Shown here: positions 16,963 through 24,694 of the stretch, in pieces
Layout: every line of letters starts with the position of its first letter
How positions within the stretch are numbered: position 1 is the stretch's first letter
NCBI GenBank assembly: GCA_002506755.1
Contig: DAYD01000008.1
Location: forward strand, 2,151 to 66,150
Reading direction: 5' to 3'
DNA length: 64,000 nt
Source of the DNA: Euryarchaeota archaeon UBA462
GTDB taxonomy: Archaea; Thermoplasmatota; Poseidoniia; Poseidoniales; Thalassarchaeaceae
Position numbers and translations under genes: made by a program
The notes under the pieces: generated by a model
What the model saw: the letters and a program-made list of their open reading frames with translations, nothing else
Databases searched by the model: none
Told to the model about the DNA's origin: nothing

Positions 16963-18147
16963 TCAGACACTAACCTCACTTACTCTGAGGATCAGTACGA
17001 GGAAGTTGGCTTCCAATGTCCAATCGTTCCCTTGGTCTGGGTCCACACCGTCTATTGGAGTATCTGGGTCGCACTCCAGCGCTGTGATTTCAAAGGTCCA
17101 TGTTCCTTGTCCAAACCTCCCATCAGGATCGCTCAAGAGATTCTCAATAACGGCTTCTTTAGAGTCTGAATATATCGTGTACCCTGACTCTGGTAGGGGG
17201 TTCATTTCATTTCTCTCAATTGTAGCTGATGAGTTCTCTGTGAAGTTATCTTGGTTGGTGATTACGCTGTATGACCATCCAGATGAGGGCAGATCAACCT
17301 CAAGAGTAAAGTTATCTTCGGGCCATGTAATTGGAAGTATGTCTCGAGATAGAGACAATGTTGCTCTAAACTCTATCAATCTCGCTCCATCACCAGGTTG
17401 GAACTGTATTTCATGGGATGCACCCTGATCGAGGTAACCTGACCAGTCATAGTCCAGATAAGCCTCTTCCCAGACAACTCTGAATGAGCGGGAGATGACT
17501 CTAAGTGTCCAAGAGGTTGTGTTTGATGCACCGGTATCATCAGTCACGGTCACGGTACCGGTCACGTTTCGTGCCTCAGTCGCGGTTAGCTTCGTGATTA
17601 ACCCGATAGCGTCCGCGTCGTTTAGGGGATCGCTATCACCATCGGAGTCCGTGTTTGCATCGTAATCCCAAGTGACCTGTATCCCGCCTCCTTCCGGGTC
17701 GAAGGATTCGCTGGCATCAAGTCTTGCCTCTTGTCCGGTCTTTACGAAATCAGGTAAATTTAGTATAATCTCCGGAAGAGCATTCACGAAGATGCTGATG
17801 CTTGCAGTGTCTGAGGTGCCTTCGTCGTTGAATACCTCTACAGTGACCTCAAAGGTTCCCGAGTCTTCGAATATGTGACTAATTACTCCCTGTTTGGTTG
17901 TTTTTATTTTTCCATCTCCAAAGTTCCATTTGAACTCATCTATGATTGTGGGGTCCGGACTAGTTGATGCCCGTGCATCAAAATTAACCGACTCCCCTGC
18001 ATTCACAGTAGTTTGATCCGAAGTGAGGTTAGCATTTGGACTACCAGGACCTATTCCTCCGCAGCCCGAGAGTGAACTTGACAGTATCAATAGTGAAATG
18101 AGTATACTTGTGGTAGTGGCGCTAGACTGCATACTTCTAGCAGCCAT
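16963..18147 (-). CDS. PKD-domain surface lipoprotein
   Basis: The start is moved to MAARSMQSSATTTSILISLLILSSSLSGCGG (signal plus lipobox). The track ORF (to 18297) would overlap the divergent exonuclease gene. PKD signature: FDARASTSPDPTIIDEFKWNFGDGKIKTTKQGVISHIFEDSGTFEVTVEVFNDEGTSD. Confidence 0.8.
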   Translation of the reverse strand: MAARSMQSSATTTSILISLLILSSSLSGCGGIGPGSPNANLTSDQTTVNAGESVNFDARASTSPDPTIIDEFKWNFGDGKIKTTKQGVISHIFEDSGTFEVTVEVFNDEGTSDTASISIFVNALPEIILNLPDFVKTGQEARLDASESFDPEGGGIQVTWDYDANTDSDGDSDPLNDADAIGLITKLTATEARNVTGTVTVTDDTGASNTTSWTLRVISRSFRVVWEEAYLDYDWSGYLDQGASHEIQFQPGDGARLIEFRATLSLSRDILPITWPEDNFTLEVDLPSSGWSYSVITNQDNFTENSSATIERNEMNPLPESGYTIYSDSKEAVIENLLSDPDGRFGQGTWTFEITALECDPDTPIDGVDPDQGNDWTLEANFLVLILRVSEVSV

Positions 18148-18205
18148 ACGTCCCTCATAGGAGTGTTGGGTCTTTCTAGGGTTGGGGTGCCAATTGCGAT
18201 AGTTC

Positions 18206-18811
18206 ATGGACGGTCCCGATAGGAGCACATACGTGGCTTCTAGAATGCTTGAGGGATTCAGAGTGTTGGGTCTCGACCTAGAGACTACAGGATTCAACCC
18301 AAGATTTGACAGGATCGTTCAATACGCATTAGTGGGGAGTGATGCTGACGGAACTCATCTGAGTCTTCAGTCCCTAGTTAATCCTGGAGTTGGTATACCC
18401 GCGGAGTCTACCCGTGTTCATGGGATTTCCAGTAGCGATGTTGCAGGCGAATCGGATTTTGGCGATCATATCAATAGCTTCAGAGAAATGGCCGATGGAG
18501 CTATTATCGTCGGTCATAATGTGATTGCCTTCGATTGGAGATTCATCGAGGTTGAGTGCGCGAGGTTTGGGGTAGAGCCTCCCGCCCCATATGCTATCAT
18601 TGACACACTTACATTGGCTAGGAAATTCAATTTGACTCGCCCCCACAAACTAGGTTCATTATGCAAAAGGTACGGAATCAGACTGGAAAGATCGCACAGT
18701 GCTGATGCGGATGCCGGGGCAAGTCTGCTTCTTCTCTGGAGGATCATGGCTACTAATCCCGAAATGTTTCAAAGCAGCCTTGATGATTTTCTCCAATCAA
18801 TAGATCAGTGA
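18206..18811 (+). CDS. DEDDh 3'-5' exonuclease (DnaQ/epsilon-like, RNase T superfamily)
   Basis: Exo I: LGLDLETTG. Exo II: GHNVIAFDWRF. Exo III: HSADADA. The start may instead be the internal Met of MLEGFRVLGLD. Confidence 0.8.
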   Translation: MDGPDRSTYVASRMLEGFRVLGLDLETTGFNPRFDRIVQYALVGSDADGTHLSLQSLVNPGVGIPAESTRVHGISSSDVAGESDFGDHINSFREMADGAIIVGHNVIAFDWRFIEVECARFGVEPPAPYAIIDTLTLARKFNLTRPHKLGSLCKRYGIRLERSHSADADAGASLLLLWRIMATNPEMFQSSLDDFLQSIDQ

Positions 18812-19990
18812 GTTTAGTAGTGGTTCCCATAGGAGGATTTCCGACCAGTCCCCCAGATGCATTATCTTTCCATCTAACCTTGCGCTGCCGAGATATAGGA
18901 CTGTGTCACTATCTAGAGGCTCTAATTTTCTCATTCTATCTAATGCATTATCCTTCAGGATTGCTCCAAACCTATGTTCCGAACCTGCGACATCCCCCCT
19001 TACACCGACTGGTGGTGTTCTCTCAAATAACGCCGCTCCAGAATCTTGGTCAAATCTAACTAATTTTACAACCTCATCTCTGAACATACCACCCGGTGAA
19101 AGATCACCATCCTTCATTGCTACCCACCAAGAGGGGCACCAAGCCTTCCACTCACAGAATGAACATGCAATTTCACTTGGAGTAGCTGGAAGGGGTTCCC
19201 TAGAAGGCCTCATCCTCTCCCATGCATCATAGGCCTCCTGAAGGATAGAGGGGCCCTTTGCCCTATGGACAGTCTGATTGGCAGAGTACCAACCCTCCGC
19301 ATGAATCGGGGGATGGTCTGTATTTTTCTGGATTACAAGATCCCTGTATAGCCTGAGTTGCCTGTTTACTTTTTCATTAAGTTCTCCCTCTGGAGGCTTC
19401 CCGGTTTTCAGATCCGCAACAATCCATGCTTCTGCTTCTCCGGCTTTCTGGTCCTTAATCAGCAGATCCAGCCTACCGATCAATTTTCCACAATCCGAAA
19501 CCAAGCTGGCCTCGTTTCCCAATACAATTCCCTGTACCTTTCTCCATGTCCCAACTTCAACTTCTGAGAGAGGCGATAGGGGCATTCTTGCCTTTGTGAG
19601 TAGTATGTTAAGCGCCCCAATTAGTCCATCTTGTGCCTTCTTGATCTGTTCTGGCTTCCATCTAGGGTGTCTAGGAGTGCTTTCGAATTTCTCTCTCTCT
19701 GCCCTCCAATGCCCATCAAGTACATCCTTGGCCATACCAGGAAGCCAGTCGGACTCCCCCGCCCTCATTGACTGAAGGTCGAGATTGCACAAATCCTCGA
19801 CAGAATTGTGGACTACGGTACCCACTGAAGCGGCCATGTTAGCCTTCCTGGGCAACCTTTGTCTGGAAAGCCAATACTTTCTTGGACACTCCTCATATCT
19901 GTTCCAAGAAGAAGGAGATAGCTGGTGGGATCGAGCAACGTGTTCTATCTTCAAATCCCTCCTGCCTCTGTAGATGCGGATGAGTGACAA
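18797..19990 (-). CDS. PD-(D/E)XK nuclease with a Cas4/AddB-type 4-Cys Fe-S cluster motif, plus a ~110-aa C-terminal extension
   Basis: Motifs: GTVVHNSVE, GRLDLL, VADLKTGK (DxK), QLRLY (QxxxY). Cysteines: one in EECPRKYW and three in C-SF-C-EWKAW-C (C-x2-C-x5-C). Its 3' end overlaps the exonuclease gene by 15 bp, convergently. Confidence 0.75.
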   Translation of the reverse strand: MSLIRIYRGRRDLKIEHVARSHQLSPSSWNRYEECPRKYWLSRQRLPRKANMAASVGTVVHNSVEDLCNLDLQSMRAGESDWLPGMAKDVLDGHWRAEREKFESTPRHPRWKPEQIKKAQDGLIGALNILLTKARMPLSPLSEVEVGTWRKVQGIVLGNEASLVSDCGKLIGRLDLLIKDQKAGEAEAWIVADLKTGKPPEGELNEKVNRQLRLYRDLVIQKNTDHPPIHAEGWYSANQTVHRAKGPSILQEAYDAWERMRPSREPLPATPSEIACSFCEWKAWCPSWWVAMKDGDLSPGGMFRDEVVKLVRFDQDSGAALFERTPPVGVRGDVAGSEHRFGAILKDNALDRMRKLEPLDSDTVLYLGSARLDGKIMHLGDWSEILLWEPLLNSLIY

Positions 19991-20006
19991 CGATTAACAC
20001 CATTGA

Positions 20007-20825
20007 GTGGATACTAGCACTATGGCGGAGGGGCCTACGATTGACATTGGAGCTGAGGTCAACTCCTCAGGAGCGCTTTTGGTAAGCTGCTTTCCCTCTG
20101 TGGGATTCGTAAGTAGCATTGTTGCACATTTCCTAGTTGAAAGGCTAGAGTTGGAGCTTGTGGGGGGGGTCCGTCATCCGAATCTACCCCCCGTATGCCT
20201 AGTTCAGGACGGAAAACCTCTGCCTCCAGTTAGGTTCTATGCAGGTGAGCCAATATGCAACATGGACAGGTGCGACAAGGTTGTGCTTATCGCTTCTGAG
20301 ATCCAAGTTCCTTCAGAATTGAGCTTGCCTCTTTCTTCTAGCCTTATCGATTGGATTGTAAGGTCTGGAGTAAGTTCGACAATTATGATCGATTCATTTG
20401 CCCACGGAATTGACAGCAGTCACAGTATTTTCGACGATGATGAGGGAATGGATTCCATGTTGGGAATTGGGTCAACAGACTCGAGCCATGATCTAATCAA
20501 GAGCATCGGAGTGCCTCTTCTGAAACATGGAGTGGTCGGGGGCATGACAGGGGTCATGATGGGAGAATGTAGGAGAAGAGAGATTGATGCCTTAGCGATT
20601 CTGGCAGAATCGGATGGAGAGATCGGCCAAGGAGTGATTCCCGATGCTAGGGCCGCTGCAAGGATAATTGGATGTATGGATGGGCTGCTTCCCGCGGTAA
20701 ATCTGGATCCGGAACCTCTTCTAAAGGAAGCTCAGAGGATTGAGGGTCAGATCAGGGATATGATGTCCTTGCACCTTAATCCACCACAGGAGAGTGCGAG
20801 CACAAATACTGGGATGTACGGTTAA
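20007..20825 (+). CDS. PAC2-family protein (PbaA/PbaB-like) ending in an HbYX motif
   Basis: 272 aa (GTG at 20007; ATG at 20022). GALLVSCFPSVGFVSSIVAHFLVERL...PPVCLVQDGKPLPPVRFYAGE parallels the ORF at 12155-12922. The C-terminus ...NTGMYG is hydrophobic-Tyr-X. Confidence 0.7.
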   Translation: MDTSTMAEGPTIDIGAEVNSSGALLVSCFPSVGFVSSIVAHFLVERLELELVGGVRHPNLPPVCLVQDGKPLPPVRFYAGEPICNMDRCDKVVLIASEIQVPSELSLPLSSSLIDWIVRSGVSSTIMIDSFAHGIDSSHSIFDDDEGMDSMLGIGSTDSSHDLIKSIGVPLLKHGVVGGMTGVMMGECRRREIDALAILAESDGEIGQGVIPDARAAARIIGCMDGLLPAVNLDPEPLLKEAQRIEGQIRDMMSLHLNPPQESASTNTGMYG

Positions 20826-22937
20826 TCAGAAGTCTCCTAATGTTGGTTGCCTATCGGGCGGAATTTCTTCCAGTATGGCCCCTCCCAGTATCTCATCAAG
20901 GTCAGACTCCGAGATTATCCTCACACCTAGGCGCCTTGCCTTCTCCAACTTAGAGCCGGCGGAATCACCTGCTACTAGAAAGTCTAGATTTCCTGAGACT
21001 GATGAGACCACTTTGCCTCCTTCTGATTTTATAGAGAGTGAGATTTCTTTTCTTGGCCTGCTTAGAGTCCCAGTTATGCAAAAGCTCGATCCTGAGAGTT
21101 TTCCTTCCTGGACCTTCGGGTCCTCATGGATAATGTCGACCTTTTGGTAAAGATCCAAAATAGACTCCTTCCTTTCAGAGATTCCATCGAGTAAAAGTCT
21201 AGCAACTGTTTCCCCAATTCTGTCTATTGATACTAGCCTATCAATAGATGTCCCTGTGTCCTCGGTCATGGCTAGTATTTCCTCGAGAGTCCTTACTTCC
21301 GAACAAACTAGAGTAGCTATCTCGGGACCTATCCGTGGGAGCCCTAAAGCGGAGATGAAAGTACTGAGAGTCATCGAACGGGTAGACCTAAGCTCCTCTA
21401 GGATATTACTTGCAGACTTCTCGGCCATTCTATCCAGCGAGATTAGCTCATCTCGCCTGTTTTCAAGTCTATATAGGTCTCCAAGGCTCCTTACGAGTCC
21501 GGATGAGCAAAGCTGCTCGGCCAATTTTTCTCCTATTCCGTCCATCCCTAGATTCCTGCACCAATACAGAATTGACCTTTCTAGTCTCGACGGGCAATCT
21601 AAATTCGTGCATCTGATGAATGCACCATCTTCTATTAGATGATTTGAGCATCTTGGGCAATGCTCTGGTGCCGATATTGTAGATCTATTAGGGAGATGTT
21701 CTGAGAATGGGGTTCCATCTGCATGGGTTCTCCCCTCCAAATCAGATTCTTTTGCTGGCCCTAAAACCTCTGTGATCTTGGGGATGACATCCCCCCTCCT
21801 GACTATCCTGACTTTATCTCCAATCCTGATTCCTAATCTTTCGACCTCCCCTCTATTGTGGAGAGTGGTGTTCTCCACAGTTACTCCTGAAACTACGACT
21901 GGGGCTACCCTAGATACTGGGGTGACGTTTCCCGTTCTGCCGGTCTGCCAATGTACTTCCATCAGAACACTTACTGCCTCTTCTGGAGGGAACTTCCAAG
22001 CCAATGCCCATCTGGGGTGGTGGGCGGTCTCACCAAGAAGATCCCGTTTGTCTAGACGATCAAGCTTTATCACGACTCCATCAAGCTCCCAATCTGCTGA
22101 GTCTCTGGATTGGAACCAACTTCTGGTTGTGCGCAGTATTGATTCCGTAACTGATTCGTCGTCCTGTCCAGATACAACTGTATCTCCCGCCACCTCTATT
22201 CCCATCTCGGAGATCCAGCTTATAATCTCAGAATCTAGTTTGAAATCGGGGGGTTTTGGACTATCTGGGTGGCGATCCCGGCCTGTTGGGAATTCTACCC
22301 CATATGCTAGGAACACTAGGTCCTCCGGGCTCCCCTTCCCTACGTCTAGGTATTTCTGACGCAGGGCTCCGGCAGCGAGATTCCTTGGGTTAGGGGCTAC
22401 GTCTGAGTACTTCTTGTCAAATATTTCGAGGGGCATAACTACCTCTCCCCTTACATGACAGTCTCCCTCCCAAGGAATCCTATTAGGGACATTGATCATT
22501 CTACGTGCGTTGGAAGTCACATCCTCGCCCCTTCTACCATTCCCTCTTGTTGCTGCTGTAACCAAGCGTCCTCTACGATATTCGAGGGAGAGGGCGGACC
22601 CATCCAACTTAGGTTGACATACAAATCTCCGGCCATTGGCAGTGGTCTGGGAGACAAAGTGGGCTACTTCTTGTTCGGTTGTAGCCTTGTCAAGGCTCAT
22701 CATCCTGAACAAGTGGTCTACTTTTTTTGACCCAGGAGGGGGGTCGGAACCCACAATACTTAGCTGGGGGTGGTTGGGCGAGAGTTGTTTGAGCTCATCT
22801 CTTATTGAGTCGAATTCGGAGTCAGAGATGATTGGTTTGGCTTGATTGTAATATAGCTCTGAGTGCCTCTCCAACTCCTTCGCGAGCCACTGTATTCTCC
22901 GGGAGGAGCCGGGCACCGACGGAGCATCCTGAGCCAT
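20826..22937 (-). CDS. ligA: NAD+-dependent DNA ligase (bacterial type)
   Basis: Adenylation motif CQPKLDGSA; C4 zinc finger CPRCSNHLIEDGAFIRCTNLDCP; HhH region; C-terminal BRCT (FCITGTLSRPRKEI...FLVAGDSAGSKLEKARRLGV). The start is moved to MAQDAPSVPG (ATG at 22937) because the longer track ORF runs through tRNA-Pro. Confidence 0.9.
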   Translation of the reverse strand: MAQDAPSVPGSSRRIQWLAKELERHSELYYNQAKPIISDSEFDSIRDELKQLSPNHPQLSIVGSDPPPGSKKVDHLFRMMSLDKATTEQEVAHFVSQTTANGRRFVCQPKLDGSALSLEYRRGRLVTAATRGNGRRGEDVTSNARRMINVPNRIPWEGDCHVRGEVVMPLEIFDKKYSDVAPNPRNLAAGALRQKYLDVGKGSPEDLVFLAYGVEFPTGRDRHPDSPKPPDFKLDSEIISWISEMGIEVAGDTVVSGQDDESVTESILRTTRSWFQSRDSADWELDGVVIKLDRLDKRDLLGETAHHPRWALAWKFPPEEAVSVLMEVHWQTGRTGNVTPVSRVAPVVVSGVTVENTTLHNRGEVERLGIRIGDKVRIVRRGDVIPKITEVLGPAKESDLEGRTHADGTPFSEHLPNRSTISAPEHCPRCSNHLIEDGAFIRCTNLDCPSRLERSILYWCRNLGMDGIGEKLAEQLCSSGLVRSLGDLYRLENRRDELISLDRMAEKSASNILEELRSTRSMTLSTFISALGLPRIGPEIATLVCSEVRTLEEILAMTEDTGTSIDRLVSIDRIGETVARLLLDGISERKESILDLYQKVDIIHEDPKVQEGKLSGSSFCITGTLSRPRKEISLSIKSEGGKVVSSVSGNLDFLVAGDSAGSKLEKARRLGVRIISESDLDEILGGAILEEIPPDRQPTLGDF

Positions 22938-22974
22938 GTCAGTCCAAAGGGGCCGATGTCCTTGAAACTGCCCG

Positions 22975-23052
22975 TGGTGGGCCTGCCAGGATTTGAACCT
23001 GGGTCGCGCGACCCCCAGCCGCGAAGTATAGGCCAAACTAACCTACAGGCCC
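22975..23052 (-). tRNA. tRNA-Pro (anticodon GGG), CCA encoded
   Basis: Reverse complement: GGGCCTG TA GGTT AGTTTGGCCTA TACT T CGCGG CTGGGGG TCGCG CGAC CCAGG TTCAAAT CCTGG CAGGCCC A CCA. The acceptor and T arms pair perfectly; the D stem has one mismatch and one G-U pair. Confidence 0.8.
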
Positions 23053-23099
23053 CATTGGGCCCCTTGCGAAGAAGCAACTAGTCAAAGCCCTGACGGAGA

Positions 23100-23306
23100 T
23101 TATTGCTGCCTGTCGATGCTGAAGGGTGCTACTTCGTCAATCAGATCTATGTGACCAACGAACATCCTTCTGCAGCAATAGAGAGGGAAACCAAGCCTGT
23201 CTAGGACCTGCCCCGGATCTTCTCCTTCTTCAACTGCATCTTTGAATTCATCGTACTTGTGCGCGATAACCTTGTGGCAACTCCAACACCTTACTGGGAT
23301 AAGCAT
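23100..23306 (-). CDS. rpoN: DNA-directed RNA polymerase subunit N (Rpo10/Rpb10)
   Basis: MLIPVRCWSCHKVIAHKYDEF...YCCRRM is the classic RpoN zinc-bundle signature. Confidence 0.95.
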   Translation of the reverse strand: MLIPVRCWSCHKVIAHKYDEFKDAVEEGEDPGQVLDRLGFPLYCCRRMFVGHIDLIDEVAPFSIDRQQ

Positions 23307-23313
23307 AATTTCA

Positions 23314-23766
23314 CTACCTGTACGACTTCTGCCACTTCTTCCGAGCCCCCCGGCCCATTTGATGCTTCGGTTCCTTCCTCCTTGGATCGTTTACCAACAT
23401 CTTCCTCTCGAATCTGATGAATTCATCTCTTAGCTCCTCATCATCGCCCTCGGCTCCGTCGTTGTACTTGACTAGCCCTCGAGCAATAGCTGTCCTAATC
23501 GCATCTACCTGTCCCATCTGGCCTCCGCCCCTTACGTCAATTGCAATATCCACGCGATCGGTCCTGTTCATAGCCTCTGCAATCAACAATGGTTCCAGTG
23601 CCTTCCTCCTAGCAAGCTCGGGTTCCATGATATGAATCGGTGAGCCGTTTACTCTTACTCTTCCTTTTCCTGGCTTGAGGGTCGCACGGGCTATTGCAGT
23701 CTTTCTCTTCCCGCTCGTGTTTACGACCTTGGTACCTGTCTTTTTTCTTGCCAATTTATTCACCAC
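23314..23766 (-). CDS. rps9: 30S ribosomal protein uS9
   Basis: GKRKTAIARATL...VRGGGQMGQVDAIRTAIARGLV...KKWQKSYR. Confidence 0.95.
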   Translation of the reverse strand: MVNKLARKKTGTKVVNTSGKRKTAIARATLKPGKGRVRVNGSPIHIMEPELARRKALEPLLIAEAMNRTDRVDIAIDVRGGGQMGQVDAIRTAIARGLVKYNDGAEGDDEELRDEFIRFERKMLVNDPRRKEPKHQMGRGARKKWQKSYR

Positions 23767-24238
23767 CCCATCTTGAGGAATCCACGCCTAAATGGGAGCT
23801 TATGTCCCCTAGTCTAACGTACTTGTTTGGAGGGGATCGGTCTATATTGCCAGTGTCCCCCCACTGGTGGTCTTCTGGAAGCTCTTCCCCGGAGAGGTTT
23901 GCAGGGGTCCCAATCATTACTCTCAAGTCCTTTAGTGCCGCTCTTCCACTGCTGTTTTTTTGGTAAGGTAGCATTCCTCTGACTGTTCTTTTGATGATCT
24001 TATCAGGCATTCTCGGAAAAAATGGTCCCTTCCTGGCGTGATTTAGATTATATTTCGCTCTGTAATCCTTGAACACCTTGGATTTAGGCCCCGAGACGAT
24101 AGCTCCTTCAGCGTTTATGATTATAACTCTCTGCTGACTACCGGACTTTCTTGCAGAGATCATCTCTTTCGCAACTTGGCTTGCCAGCCTTCCGAGAATC
24201 TTTCCGGAAGCGTCGTAAACTTTAGTTGGCTCAGACAA
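23756..24238 (-). CDS. rpl13: 50S ribosomal protein uL13
   Basis: GRLASQVAKEM...VIIINAEGAIVSG...HARKGPFFPRMPDKIIKRTVRGMLP. Position upstream of S9 is the conserved order. Confidence 0.9.
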   Translation of the reverse strand: MSEPTKVYDASGKILGRLASQVAKEMISARKSGSQQRVIIINAEGAIVSGPKSKVFKDYRAKYNLNHARKGPFFPRMPDKIIKRTVRGMLPYQKNSSGRAALKDLRVMIGTPANLSGEELPEDHQWGDTGNIDRSPPNKYVRLGDISSHLGVDSSRWGGE

Positions 24239-24632
24239 GTATCCTCACCCCCTTTCCTTTCGGGTTTTCTTCCATGAGTTCTCTGATACTGAGGGTTCTG
24301 CCACCAGAAGCCGCAATTTTGTTCTTGGCCCCATCGCTGAAGCTGAATGCGGCGACGGTCTGCTTCCCGTTAATTTCCCCACTTCCAAGGACCTTCCCCG
24401 GGACCAGGACTGTCTCCTTTTCCTGTGAGTGTCTTGAGATGTGACTCAGGTTTGGTTCAGCCCAATTCTTCCTACTTGACTCCAGCCTGGATGCGATGTC
24501 CCTCCAGATGGAAGATCCCGTAGACCTACTGTGGTCCTTAAGCTCCCCGATGAGGGCTACTAGCGACGAATTGGTCTTTCTTTCTTGATTGCCCATAGCA
24601 TTCGCCCCCATATGTGGTAGCGCGGCCACCAA
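24231..24632 (-). CDS. rpl18e: 50S ribosomal protein L18e (eL18)
   Basis: RKTNSSLVALIGELK...IWRDIASRLESSRKNWAEPNLSHI...VLVPGKVLGSGEI...AAFSFSDGAKNKI. The start could instead be one of the internal Mets (MGANAMGNQE). Confidence 0.85.
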   Translation of the reverse strand: MVAALPHMGANAMGNQERKTNSSLVALIGELKDHSRSTGSSIWRDIASRLESSRKNWAEPNLSHISRHSQEKETVLVPGKVLGSGEINGKQTVAAFSFSDGAKNKIAASGGRTLSIRELMEENPKGKGVRILV

Positions 24633-24648
24633 AGTCGGTGTTATGAAA

Positions 24649-24667
24649 CCTGCGGGCGCCCCGCAGG
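24649..24667 (-). terminator. GC-rich hairpin between the 2640-aa gene stop and the ribosomal-protein cluster (candidate terminator/processing signal)
   Basis: CCTGCGGG cgc CCCGCAGG: an 8-bp perfect inverted repeat, flanked by T runs (TTTT on the plus strand at 24672-24675; GGTTT on the reverse strand). Confidence 0.3.
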
Positions 24668-24694
24668 GGCGTTTTAGGTGCGGTAATGATATGG

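Noticed and set aside
18148-18297. Long N-terminal extensions of the PKD lipoprotein (to 18297), the Nudix hydrolase (to 35663) and Icd (to 38902) in the track.
   Set aside because: The extensions overlap divergently transcribed neighbours and come before obvious native N-termini (signal peptide/lipobox, start of the Nudix fold, conserved Icd N-terminus). I chose the internal ATGs.
22938-23036. The N-terminal 33 codons of the track ORF for ligA (MAYTSRLGVARPRFKSWQAHHG...).
   Set aside because: This extension runs through the tRNA-Pro gene (22975-23052). The conserved LigA N-terminus begins after the internal Met at 22937.
16434-23052. The tRNA genes as possible integration sites for a mobile island (the region between tRNA-Arg and tRNA-Pro holds nucleases and ligA).
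   Set aside because: There is no integrase, transposase or plasmid/viral gene. I noticed no direct repeat of a tRNA 3' end elsewhere in the window. I could not do an exhaustive repeat search by eye, so a computational att-site search is still worthwhile.
23100-24632. A short ribosomal-protein/RNAP cluster (L18e-L13-S9-RpoN) lacking the RpoD upstream and the RpoK/enolase/S2 genes that often follow in archaea.
   Set aside because: Order within the retained block is canonical, and breakpoints of this cluster vary among archaeal lineages. It is not anomalous enough to flag on its own.
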